From assembly GCA_027490225.1 (NCBI GenBank), contig JAIXYK010000057.1:13015-77014 (forward strand): a DNA stretch of 64,000 bases. The letters run 5' to 3'. Position 1 is the first letter of the stretch; every line of letters begins with the position of its first letter. The notes under the pieces were generated by a model, which worked only from the letters and a program-made list of their open reading frames with translations, was not told where the DNA came from and did not search any database. Source of the DNA: Bacteroidota bacterium (GTDB lineage: Bacteria; Bacteroidota; Bacteroidia; M30B66). This document shows, in pieces, positions 28,946 through 38,981 of this stretch. Position numbers and translations under genes: made by a program.

Positions 28946-29869
28946 ATGAAGCAATCTTTAATAACCTTAATTTACATTACGTTTTTTCATTTGATTGGAG
29001 TTGCTCAACCCGACGATTTAACGAAGATGATGGAGGAAGAAATGGGAGCTTCTAACGAGCCCGATTACGCTTCTGCAACTTTTAAAACTACACGTTTGGT
29101 CAACGGCCATACCAATGAGCAAGTCGCACCCGGAGTTTTAGACTTTAGAATTGGTCACCGTTTCGGGGCATTTAATACTGGGATTTATAATTTCTTTGGT
29201 TTAGATCAGGCAAGTATGCGGATGGCCTTTGAATACGGGATAAACGATTGGTTAATGATAGGAGCAGGGAGAAGCACTTATCAAAAAACGTATGATGGTT
29301 TTGTAAAAGCTAAGATTATTAGGCAGCAAAAAGGCAAAAGAAATATTCCTATTTCAATTAATTATTTAGGAGCAATGGCGGTTAAAACGCTCAAATTTTC
29401 AAATCCTGAAAACACTAATTTTTATACATCAAACTTCTTTTATACACATCAATTAATAATCGCTAGAAAATTTTCAGAAAGTTTTTCTTTTCAAGTTTTG
29501 CCAACTTTGGTACACAGAAATTTGGTTGAGAAAATAACAGACGAACACGATATTTACTCAATTGGTGTGGGAGGAAGAATGAAACTTTCTAAACGTACTT
29601 GTGTGAATGTGGAGTATTTTTATCAGATTAATAAACCAAGAGATGTAATTAATTCCTTAGCGATAGCATTTGATATTGAAACTGGAGGCCACGTGTTTCA
29701 ACTAGCCTTTACAAATGCAGCAGCGATGATTGAGCATGCATTTATTACGCAAACTACAGGAAGATGGGACAAAGGAGATATTATTGGTGGTTTTAATTTA
29801 TCTCGTGTTTTTACTTTGAAAGACCCTAGAAAAAAGGGAACAAAAAATGAAGACGCTCCAAGTAAATAA
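28946..29869 (+). CDS. hypothetical secreted protein (possible outer-membrane beta-barrel, DUF5777-like)
   Basis: Signal peptide. Alternating hydrophobic beta-strand pattern. Starts 1 nt after the YceI stop. Confidence 0.45.
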   Translation: MKQSLITLIYITFFHLIGVAQPDDLTKMMEEEMGASNEPDYASATFKTTRLVNGHTNEQVAPGVLDFRIGHRFGAFNTGIYNFFGLDQASMRMAFEYGINDWLMIGAGRSTYQKTYDGFVKAKIIRQQKGKRNIPISINYLGAMAVKTLKFSNPENTNFYTSNFFYTHQLIIARKFSESFSFQVLPTLVHRNLVEKITDEHDIYSIGVGGRMKLSKRTCVNVEYFYQINKPRDVINSLAIAFDIETGGHVFQLAFTNAAAMIEHAFITQTTGRWDKGDIIGGFNLSRVFTLKDPRKKGTKNEDAPSK

Positions 29870-29897
29870 TCCAATTAGTTAATTTAATGTTTTTTGT

Positions 29898-30932
29898 TTG
29901 GAACCCCAATTATTAAAGTCCAAAAGAGATATTCCTGTAGTACATGTTATAAGAGGTTTAACTTCTTTTATTATTGTCTTATACCATTTCTGTAATTTTT
30001 CAGATCAACGCGGCTCGTTTTTTCCAGTTGATTCATTTATAGTGAATTTAACGCATGATTTTTTCGATGCTGTTACAGTTTTTTTCTTTATTTCAGGCTT
30101 TATTTTGCCTTGGGCTTTGTTTTGTTCTGATTATAAGATTACAAATTATCCCCGTTACTTTTTAAAAAGAATTGTCCGAATTCATCCACCATATTTTTTA
30201 TCTGTTTTAATATTCGTTTCAATTATTGCAGGATTTCAAATTTATTATAATGCTCCTGTTGATATAGAAGTTAAGAAACTGATTGCGCATTTCTTTTATG
30301 CAATTCCATTTATTGACATGGAATGGTTTAATGTTATTTATTGGACATTAGCAGTAGAAATTCAGTTTTATGTAATAGTTGGATTTATATTCCCTTTGCT
30401 AAATTCTAAAAATGAATTAATAAAATATATTCCAATTATAGGTTTATTAATAGCGGGTTATTTTTTTCCTTCGCATGATTTTGTAACAGGCTATTCTATT
30501 CCGTTTAGTGCAGGAATGCTATTCTTTTTATATTTTAAAACACCAACTAATCTGAAGTTTATTCCTTTGTTTCTTTGTTTTTCATTGGTTGCATTTCAGT
30601 TTTACTTATTTTATTTTTCTCCGGTAAGAACTATTTTTCTTGTAACTACCATCATTATGTTGATGGTGAATTGGCCAGTAAATTCTTGGCTTAATTGGCT
30701 TGGTGAAACGAGTTATTCCTTGTACCTAACACATGGTTTTTTAGGAAATTGGTTTATCTATAATTTAAAATACAGAGTAGACGGAACATTTTGGAATGTT
30801 TTAATTTTAATTGACGCAATTATCATTTCACTTATTGGAGCGCGAATATTTTATTACATCATCGAGCATCCTTCTAAAAAATGGGCATCCAAAATCAAGT
30901 ACAAGCGACAAGTTGCAAAAGTGTCGCTGTAA
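29898..30932 (+). CDS. acyltransferase family 3 (OafA-like) membrane protein
   Basis: Multi-TM protein with N-terminal VHVIRGLTSFIIVLYHF and later SYSLYLTHGF motifs. ORF begins with TTG; there is no in-frame ATG near the 5' end. Confidence 0.6.
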   Translation: MEPQLLKSKRDIPVVHVIRGLTSFIIVLYHFCNFSDQRGSFFPVDSFIVNLTHDFFDAVTVFFFISGFILPWALFCSDYKITNYPRYFLKRIVRIHPPYFLSVLIFVSIIAGFQIYYNAPVDIEVKKLIAHFFYAIPFIDMEWFNVIYWTLAVEIQFYVIVGFIFPLLNSKNELIKYIPIIGLLIAGYFFPSHDFVTGYSIPFSAGMLFFLYFKTPTNLKFIPLFLCFSLVAFQFYLFYFSPVRTIFLVTTIIMLMVNWPVNSWLNWLGETSYSLYLTHGFLGNWFIYNLKYRVDGTFWNVLILIDAIIISLIGARIFYYIIEHPSKKWASKIKYKRQVAKVSL

Positions 30933-31118
30933 GTTTTTAATCGTGTTTTTTACATTGAAAATCTTAATGTAAGTTATAATCTATTGATTGTTAATTATGT
31001 AAGGTCTTTGTTTTGATAATTACTTTATTCTCTTTTTTCAAACAATCATGTAATTAATTTAGGAATTCTCTTTCCAATAAATCTAACCCTTGGTAAGCCA
31101 ATGTCGTAAACCAATGCG

Positions 31119-34100
31119 ATGTTGACTTACAAAATAGTTTGGTTATTAGAGCGAGTGCTCAGATTGATTTTAAAAAGCAGATGGAGTAAAATATGCTGTT
31201 TTTTAATAATTACTTTGTTTACTGTTACAGATGGATTTAGCCAGCCACAAAGATTTTACAACTGGTATTTTGGAAACAGGGCAGGTGTAAACTTTTCGAG
31301 TGGAGCGCCTGTTGCGTTAACAAATGGACAAATAGTTACTACAGAAGGGTGCGCATCAATTTCAGATGCAACAGGCAATCTTTTATTTTATACAGATGGC
31401 GTTAGTGTTTGGAATAGAAATCATGTTGTAATGCCTAATGGTTCTGGTCTCTTTGGTCATGCTTCTTCAACACAGTCTGCTATAATTGTACAGCAACCAG
31501 GAAATGCAAATTTATACTACATTTTTACGACAACTGCAGACGCAGGACCGAGTGGAGTTTGTTATTCGGTTGTTGATATGACCCTTTCAGCAGGATTAGG
31601 TAATGTAACCGCAGCAAAGAATGTGCTGATAAGGACTCCATCATGTGAAAAACTTACTGCAATAAGACATTGTAATAACAAAGATATATGGATTGTAACG
31701 CACGATTGGAATTCAAATGCATATAGAACATGGTTGTTAAGCAATACCGGTTTAAATGCAACTCCAGTAGTTAGTGCAACAGGTTCTGTTATTAACGGAA
31801 TTAATCAATCTACTTATGGTCAAATGAAGGCCAATCCTGATGGTAATAGGCTTTTAGTTGCACATTACGGTTTTACTGGTGGTGGAATCAATAGATTTGA
31901 ATTGTCTGATTTTAACAATTCTACAGGAGTAGTTAGTAATACTTTTGTACTTGCCAATGAAAGTGGTGCTTACGGTTGTGAATTTTCACCAGATGGCAGA
32001 TTGGCTTATGGTGGAACAAATCAAGGTCGTTTGCTACAATGGAATTTATGTGCAGGAACAAATGCTGCAATATCAGCTTCAATGTTTGTAATCGGCAACC
32101 TTGGACCTTTTATTGGCTCTTTACAATTGGGGCCAGATAATAAAGTATACGTATCAAGAAATGCACAATTTCTTTCAGTAATTAATAATCCAAATGTTAT
32201 TGGAGCAGGATGTGGTTTTGCAAATGGAAGTATTTCACTTTCTGCAAGAGATTCCAGGATGGGTTTGCCAAACATGGCATCTTTATATTTAAGACCTCAG
32301 ATTCCACCATTTACTTATGCTGCCAATTGTTTAACAGTAGGGTTTACAGCACCAACAGCTGTTAGTGCATCTAGCAGTTGTTCTACTTCTCCAACGGGAA
32401 TCCAAAGTGTAAACTGGAATTTTGGAGATGTTGCTTCTGGTGCAAATAATATTTCTACTGTTTTAAATCCATCACATACATTTTCAGCTATCGGAAATTA
32501 CTCCGTAAGGTTGATTTTGAACATGGGTTGTTATTACGATACGTTGACTCAGAATTTAACAATCAGTGGTTTCAATACCAGTACTTCCTTTACTGCTGCA
32601 AGTTGTGGAATAAACAATGGTTCTGCCACAGTAACGCCTGCGGTTGCAGGTTCATATACATATTTATGGAGCAATGGGGCTACAACGGCTACTGCTTCAA
32701 ATTTAGCGGCTGGAATTTATACTGTAGCAGTTACATCTACAACTGGATGCACATCAAATGCAACGGTAACTGTACCAAGTTCGGGCTCTGTTACAGTTAC
32801 TGCAACACCAACAGCGGCAAGTTGTTTTGGAACAAATACTGGTTCTGCAACTGCAGTAGGGGCAGGCGGAACAGCTCCTTATACTTATTTATGGAGCAAT
32901 GGCGCAACAGGTAATACCGCAACTGGCCTAGCAGCTGGCAATTACACCTTAACAACTACGAGTGCAAATGGCTGCACAGCTACGGCTTCATTTACCATTA
33001 CTCAACCAACACAGTTGGCTGCATCCACATCATTTACTCCAACAAATTGCAGCGGGACTGGTGGGACAGCAGCAGTAACTGCAAGTGGAGGAACAGCTCC
33101 TTATACATATTTATGGAGTAATGGGGCAACAACTTCAACAATTTCAAATTTATCAGCAGGAACATTCACAGTTGTAGTTACTGATACAAGAGGTTGTACA
33201 ATAAACGCTTCTGCAACTGTAACACAACCAACTGCTGTAGCATTAACAACAAGCAATACTTCAGCAACTTGTGGTAATTCTAATGGAACTGCAACAGTTG
33301 TAGCTTCTTCAGCTCCAGCTCCTTATACTTATTCTTGGAATACAACTCCTGTACAAACAACAGCAGTTGCAAATAATCTTCCTACAGGAACCTATACAGT
33401 TACTGTTGGTGCAGCAAATGGTTGTAACGCAACAGCAAATGTTACGATTACGTCTTCGGGAGCTATTTCTGTGCTAGTTACACCTACGCCTGTTACCTGT
33501 TTTGGTACAGCCACAGGTGCAGCAACGGCAAGTGCTACAGGAGGAACGGCCCCTTATACTTACAGTTGGAGTAACGGAAATACCGGCGTTAGTGCAACAA
33601 ACCTAATTGCTGCCGCTTATACCGTTACCGCTACAAGTGCAAATGGATGCACTGCAACACAGAATTTTACCATTACTCAACCAGCTCAATTGGCCGGTGC
33701 AATAACAAATACTGCAGCATTGTGTTCTGGTGGTGGAGGTTCAGCAACAGCGAGCCCTACTGGAGGAACATCACCTTACACTTATGCTTGGAACAATGGC
33801 GCAACTACACAAACAATTAATAGTTTAAATGCAGGAAACTACTCTGTAACAATAACAGATGCAAATGGGTGTAGTATTTCAAGAAATACAACTATTACTC
33901 AACCTGTAGGAATCACTTTAACAACTTCCTTTACCGCAACTACTTGCGGTGCTTCAAATGGCACAGCTACAGTAACTGCTTCAGGTGGCACCGCGCCATA
34001 CACATATTCATGGAACACCATTCCTGCGCAAACAACAGCCACAGCTACTGGATTAGCTGGAGGAAATTATACTGTAAATGTAACTTCTTCGAATGGATGC

Positions 34101-37100
34101 GTGGCGCCTGCTACTGTTATAGTAACTACTGGAGGAAGTGTTACTTTAGGTGTTGTAGCTACTAATGCTTCTTGTTTCGGCACATCTACAGGTTCTGCAA
34201 TAGCAACTGGCAATGGAGGCGCGGCACCATACACTTATTTATGGAGCAACGGTAATACAGGAAATAATGCAACAGGATTAGCTGCTGGAAATTATTCGGT
34301 TACAACAACAGATGCAACTGGTTGTACTGCTGTGCAATCGTTCACTGTAAACCAACCGAATGCATTAACTGCCACAACTACAATTGCTCCTTTTACTTGC
34401 AATGCAACCACAGGAGCAGCTTCTGTAACCGTAACAGGAGGAACAATTCCATACGCTTATCTATGGAGCAATGGAGCTACAACTGCAGCTGTTACTGGTT
34501 TGGCTAATGGAAATTATAGCGTTACAATAACCGACTTTAATGGATGTACCATCACAAGGAATGTATCCATCAATGTTCCAATTGCATTAACGGGTTCAAT
34601 TGCAGCAACAAACATAACTTGTAATGGGGTTTCCAATGGAAGTCTTTCAGCTTCAGTATCAGGAGGAACTGCCCCTTACGCTTATTTATGGAGTAATGGC
34701 GCAACAACAGCAACAATTTCTAATTTAAACACAGGCAATTACACATTGGTAATTACAGATGCAAATGGTTGCGCAATTAATAGATCTTCAAGTATCACAT
34801 CTCCAACAGCCCTTTTAGCAACAACTTCTGTTTTACCAGCTTCATGTTTGCCTAATTCAGGAGGTGCAAGTGTTACAGTTTCAGGTGGAACGAGTCCTTA
34901 CTCATACTTGTGGAGCAGCGGAGCAACTACTGCAAACGCAACGGGTTTATCAAATGGAAATTATACTGTAACTACTACAGATGCTTTAGGATGTTCAATA
35001 GTATCAAATGTTACTATAAATCAGCCTGCACCAATATTAGTTTCAATTGCAGGAACAAATGTTTCGTGTAATGGTGGAGCAAATGGAGCAGCAACTGCAA
35101 CGGTTTCCGGCGGAACTTTACCATACACTTACAATTGGACAAATAGTAGCACCTCAGCCAGTATCACAGCTTTAGTTTCAGGAAATTACACAGTAACAGT
35201 ATCAGATGCTGCAGGATGTTCTGCAAATAGCAGCATTCTTATAACACAACCAGCAGGTATTCAACTTACAACTAGTTTTACTCCAGCCATTTGCGGAGCA
35301 GCTAATGGTTCAGTAGGAGTAACGGTTTCAAGTGGCGCAGGACCATTCACTTATTCATGGAATACTATACCAGTGCAAACTACAGCAACTGCATTAAATC
35401 TACCTTCAGGAGCTTACACTGTAACAGTTACAAATGCTGCAGGTTGTTCTAATACAGCATCAGTTGTAATTCCAAATACCGGTGGCTTAAGTGTTTCTGC
35501 AAATGTTTCTTCAAATGTTAGTTGTTTTGGATTAAATGATGGAAGTGCTGTTGCTATTGCAAATGGAGGCGCAACTCCTTACACATATTTATGGAGCAAC
35601 GGTAATACAACTTCAACAGCTTCAAACCTAATTGCAGGAACATACACAGTTACTGTTACAGACAATATTGGTTGTTCAAGTGGCCAAACGGTTACTATAA
35701 CAGAACCTGTTCAGTTAAATGCAACAACAACTCAAACAGCTATTGTATGTTTTGGAAATAACAATGGTACTGCAACAGTAGTTGCAAGTGGTGGAGAAGC
35801 TCCATACACGTACAGTTGGAGCAATGGGTCAACAGCAGCAACAATTACTGGATTAAGTAGTGGTAACTACAATGTAATTGTAAACGATATCAATAATTGT
35901 ACAGTAAGCAGAAATGTAACGATTGTTTCTCCATTACAAATTATGGTAACACAAAATTTTACAACAGTTACTTGTTTTGGAGGGAATAATGGTAGTGTAA
36001 ATTTAAGTGTATCTGGAGGAAACGCACCGTATACTTGTTTATGGAATGGTGGTGCAACAGGCTTATCAAGAACAGGTTTGGTAGCTGGAAATTATACATA
36101 CACCATAACAGATGCTGCAGGATGTGTAGAAAATGGAAGTGTTACGATTTCTCAACCTACACAAATTCAAGTATCTGAAAATATTACAAATTTAAATTGC
36201 AATGCTTTAAGTGATGGAAGTATAGATATTACTATTATTGGAGGTTTACCAAACTATCAGGTTGTTTGGTCGAATGGGGCAACAACAGAAGACATTTCTG
36301 GTTTATCAGCAGGAAGTTATACTGCTACCATAACTGACATGGCAGGCTGCTCTGTTCAGAACAACGCTCAAATTACCGCACCAGATTCAATCTCTTATAC
36401 ATACACTGTAACAGGTTCTGCATGTAATGGCTCAACAGGAACTTTATTGTTCTCTGCATCTGGAGGAACATCTCCTTATGAATATTCATTAGATGGATTG
36501 CCATATCAAACTTCTCCATTTTTCGGATCTCTCACAGCAGGTATTCATACTTTGGATATTAGAGACGATAATGCTTGTGTTAAATCGACAATGGTTACTG
36601 TTCCTTCACCTGCAGGAATTGGTGTGCAAGTGAATGCGATTACTGCCGTTTCTTGCTTTGGAAATACAGATGGAAGTGCACAAGCTACAGTTACAGGAGG
36701 AAATGCTCCTTACACATTTACTTGGTCATCTGGAGAATCAGGAATTACAGCAAATGCACTTTCGGCGGGAGCAAATTTTGTGAGTGTAACCGATGCTTTA
36801 GGATGCACTGCCACACAAACGTTCTCAACTTTAGGTGCTTCTGCAATTAATATTCAAGCAACAGTAATAGATGTTTTATGTTATGGCGCTTCAACTGGGG
36901 CAATTGATTTAACCGTAACTGGAGGAGCTGGGAATTATGTATTTGATTGGAATAGCAACAACCAAACAAATATTCTATCGAATGTTGGAGCTGGCAATTA
37001 TTACATTACAGTTTATGATGACAATAATTGTTCATCAACAGATACAATACAAATTAACCAGCCATTACAACCAATCATTCTTCAAACTTTTGTAACACCA

Positions 37101-38981
37101 GGGGCATGCGGTTCGGCTGGAGGAAGCATCTCTGTGCAAAGCATTGGAGGAACAGCTCCATATAGTTATTCTTGGAATACCACACCTGTAGAAACTAATG
37201 CCACCATTGGAAATTTAAGTCCAGGTTCATATCAAGTTACGGTAACAGATGCAAATGGCTGCAGCACAAATACAACTGAAGTGCTTCCAGATTATCCAGG
37301 AGTTGTTGTCGTAGTAGATTCAGTGCAACATGTAAATTGTTATGGAGGGAATGATGGAAATGTATTTTTGAATATTTCAGGAGGAATAATGCCTTTTACC
37401 TATCAATTGGGAACTGGAGTGCAAAATACTCCTCCTGATTCATTGGTAGCAGGTACTTATAACTTAACTGTAATTGATGCCAATGGCTGCAGTGGGACTA
37501 GTAATTTTGTAATTCAACAGCCTGCTTCATTTACAGCAGTTGCAACTTCACAAAATGTAACTTGTTACGGAGGTACTGATGGTCGTGTATTTTTGGCAGT
37601 TAATGGTGGTACACAACCTTATTCTTACAATTGGTCAAATGGAATAAATACTTTAGCAAATAATAATGTACTTGCTGGAGATTATAATTGCGTGGTAACT
37701 GATGCTGCAGGCTGCAGTGTTACTGCAAATGCAACTGTTTCTCAGCCTTCAGAATTAGTAGTTGATATAACAATAACACCTCCTGGATGCGCCGGAAACA
37801 ATAATGGTGAAATAGAAACGCAGGTATCTGGAGGTCTAAGTCCATACATTTATCAATGGAGCACTGGAGCTCAATCTCCTGTTATATCAGGCTTGGGAGC
37901 TGGTGAATTTATTGTAAATGTAATTGACCAAAATGCTTGTATGGTGCAACAAATTGCTCAATTAGAGGCTGCTGTTCCTTTTGAAGTTATTATTGAAGGA
38001 GATACTACGATTTGTTTAGGTGAACAAACCATAATTAAAGCTACTGGCAATGGTTTACATGATGATTACAGTTATACATGGAATCATGGAGTAACAGGTT
38101 CTGCATTTCCGGCAAATCCTGCAGAAACTACAACCTATACAGTTGTTGTTAAAGATTCTGCAGATTGTATTACGATAAGAAATGTAACAGTAATTGTAAA
38201 TCCGCAGCCAACGGTAATTATTACCACTGATGATACATCAGGTTGTGCGCCTTTCTGTACTAAAATAAGAGCTAATTCTGAAACAGCCACAACTTTTTTA
38301 TGGAGAACAAGCGATGGATTTACTTCTGAAGGGGATTTGTTAACACATTGCTTTGACTTACCTGGAATTTATACTGTTCAAATAAAAGCTGAAGATGCAC
38401 AAGGATGCAGCACTACATTAAATTGGGATGCTACTGTAAATGTATTTCCTAATCCTGAAGCTGCATTTGTTCCAGATCCACCTGAGGCGAGTATCGAAAA
38501 TGCAACTATAAATTTCATTAATCAAAGTCAAGGAGCTACACAATATAATTATCATTTTGGTGATCCTAACCAAAGCACTGTTTTATTGCCAAATACTGCC
38601 TTTACCTATAGCGATACAGGTTCATTCGAGGTAACATTGCAAGTGAGTAATGAATATGGATGCTCTGACCAAACCATACAAACAATTCATATTGGAGGTT
38701 TTGTTGCATTTTATGTTCCCAAAGCTTTTTCTCCAAATGAAGATGGCTTAAATGATGTATTTCTGCCTAAAGCTTCAGGAATGGCTCCAGACGGATTTGA
38801 AATGCGTATTTATGATAGATGGGGAAATGTAATTTTCTTCTCTGACAGCTGGGACAAAGGTTGGGACGGAACTATTGACGGTAAACCTGTTCAGTTAGAT
38901 TTATACGTATGTAAAATAAAGTACTTTGATAGAATGGGTAATGGAAACGACCATATTGGCTCAGTAACTATTACTGAGTAG
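31119..38981 (+). CDS. SprB-repeat giant cell-surface adhesin with T9SS type-B (gliding-motility-associated) C-terminal domain
   Basis: 2620 aa. ~27 tandem ~75-aa repeats (C.G...G.A....GG..PYTY.WSNG.T......L..G.Y.V.VTD..GC). PKD-like domains near the C-terminus. Terminal FYVPKAFSPNEDGLNDVF...YDRWGN...DG...YVCKIKY domain. Confidence 0.8.
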   Translation: MLTYKIVWLLERVLRLILKSRWSKICCFLIITLFTVTDGFSQPQRFYNWYFGNRAGVNFSSGAPVALTNGQIVTTEGCASISDATGNLLFYTDGVSVWNRNHVVMPNGSGLFGHASSTQSAIIVQQPGNANLYYIFTTTADAGPSGVCYSVVDMTLSAGLGNVTAAKNVLIRTPSCEKLTAIRHCNNKDIWIVTHDWNSNAYRTWLLSNTGLNATPVVSATGSVINGINQSTYGQMKANPDGNRLLVAHYGFTGGGINRFELSDFNNSTGVVSNTFVLANESGAYGCEFSPDGRLAYGGTNQGRLLQWNLCAGTNAAISASMFVIGNLGPFIGSLQLGPDNKVYVSRNAQFLSVINNPNVIGAGCGFANGSISLSARDSRMGLPNMASLYLRPQIPPFTYAANCLTVGFTAPTAVSASSSCSTSPTGIQSVNWNFGDVASGANNISTVLNPSHTFSAIGNYSVRLILNMGCYYDTLTQNLTISGFNTSTSFTAASCGINNGSATVTPAVAGSYTYLWSNGATTATASNLAAGIYTVAVTSTTGCTSNATVTVPSSGSVTVTATPTAASCFGTNTGSATAVGAGGTAPYTYLWSNGATGNTATGLAAGNYTLTTTSANGCTATASFTITQPTQLAASTSFTPTNCSGTGGTAAVTASGGTAPYTYLWSNGATTSTISNLSAGTFTVVVTDTRGCTINASATVTQPTAVALTTSNTSATCGNSNGTATVVASSAPAPYTYSWNTTPVQTTAVANNLPTGTYTVTVGAANGCNATANVTITSSGAISVLVTPTPVTCFGTATGAATASATGGTAPYTYSWSNGNTGVSATNLIAAAYTVTATSANGCTATQNFTITQPAQLAGAITNTAALCSGGGGSATASPTGGTSPYTYAWNNGATTQTINSLNAGNYSVTITDANGCSISRNTTITQPVGITLTTSFTATTCGASNGTATVTASGGTAPYTYSWNTIPAQTTATATGLAGGNYTVNVTSSNGCVAPATVIVTTGGSVTLGVVATNASCFGTSTGSAIATGNGGAAPYTYLWSNGNTGNNATGLAAGNYSVTTTDATGCTAVQSFTVNQPNALTATTTIAPFTCNATTGAASVTVTGGTIPYAYLWSNGATTAAVTGLANGNYSVTITDFNGCTITRNVSINVPIALTGSIAATNITCNGVSNGSLSASVSGGTAPYAYLWSNGATTATISNLNTGNYTLVITDANGCAINRSSSITSPTALLATTSVLPASCLPNSGGASVTVSGGTSPYSYLWSSGATTANATGLSNGNYTVTTTDALGCSIVSNVTINQPAPILVSIAGTNVSCNGGANGAATATVSGGTLPYTYNWTNSSTSASITALVSGNYTVTVSDAAGCSANSSILITQPAGIQLTTSFTPAICGAANGSVGVTVSSGAGPFTYSWNTIPVQTTATALNLPSGAYTVTVTNAAGCSNTASVVIPNTGGLSVSANVSSNVSCFGLNDGSAVAIANGGATPYTYLWSNGNTTSTASNLIAGTYTVTVTDNIGCSSGQTVTITEPVQLNATTTQTAIVCFGNNNGTATVVASGGEAPYTYSWSNGSTAATITGLSSGNYNVIVNDINNCTVSRNVTIVSPLQIMVTQNFTTVTCFGGNNGSVNLSVSGGNAPYTCLWNGGATGLSRTGLVAGNYTYTITDAAGCVENGSVTISQPTQIQVSENITNLNCNALSDGSIDITIIGGLPNYQVVWSNGATTEDISGLSAGSYTATITDMAGCSVQNNAQITAPDSISYTYTVTGSACNGSTGTLLFSASGGTSPYEYSLDGLPYQTSPFFGSLTAGIHTLDIRDDNACVKSTMVTVPSPAGIGVQVNAITAVSCFGNTDGSAQATVTGGNAPYTFTWSSGESGITANALSAGANFVSVTDALGCTATQTFSTLGASAINIQATVIDVLCYGASTGAIDLTVTGGAGNYVFDWNSNNQTNILSNVGAGNYYITVYDDNNCSSTDTIQINQPLQPIILQTFVTPGACGSAGGSISVQSIGGTAPYSYSWNTTPVETNATIGNLSPGSYQVTVTDANGCSTNTTEVLPDYPGVVVVVDSVQHVNCYGGNDGNVFLNISGGIMPFTYQLGTGVQNTPPDSLVAGTYNLTVIDANGCSGTSNFVIQQPASFTAVATSQNVTCYGGTDGRVFLAVNGGTQPYSYNWSNGINTLANNNVLAGDYNCVVTDAAGCSVTANATVSQPSELVVDITITPPGCAGNNNGEIETQVSGGLSPYIYQWSTGAQSPVISGLGAGEFIVNVIDQNACMVQQIAQLEAAVPFEVIIEGDTTICLGEQTIIKATGNGLHDDYSYTWNHGVTGSAFPANPAETTTYTVVVKDSADCITIRNVTVIVNPQPTVIITTDDTSGCAPFCTKIRANSETATTFLWRTSDGFTSEGDLLTHCFDLPGIYTVQIKAEDAQGCSTTLNWDATVNVFPNPEAAFVPDPPEASIENATINFINQSQGATQYNYHFGDPNQSTVLLPNTAFTYSDTGSFEVTLQVSNEYGCSDQTIQTIHIGGFVAFYVPKAFSPNEDGLNDVFLPKASGMAPDGFEMRIYDRWGNVIFFSDSWDKGWDGTIDGKPVQLDLYVCKIKYFDRMGNGNDHIGSVTITE
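32570..37980 (+). repeat. tandem array of ~27 SprB-type repeats (~225-230 nt each) within the giant gene
   Basis: Recurrent nucleotide and protein periodicity (ccttatac.ta...tggagcaatgg...); off-frame ORFs rich in W/C/N are by-products. Confidence 0.75.

Noticed and set aside
32528-36850. Four off-frame ORFs (32528..32914, 33944..34165, 34322..34507, 36653..36850) inside the SprB-repeat gene, with W/C/N/Y-rich translations
   Set aside because: They sit in alternative frames of a strongly periodic repeat array (tgg/tgc/aat-rich codons read out of frame). They are low-complexity and lie entirely within a well-supported 2620-aa CDS.
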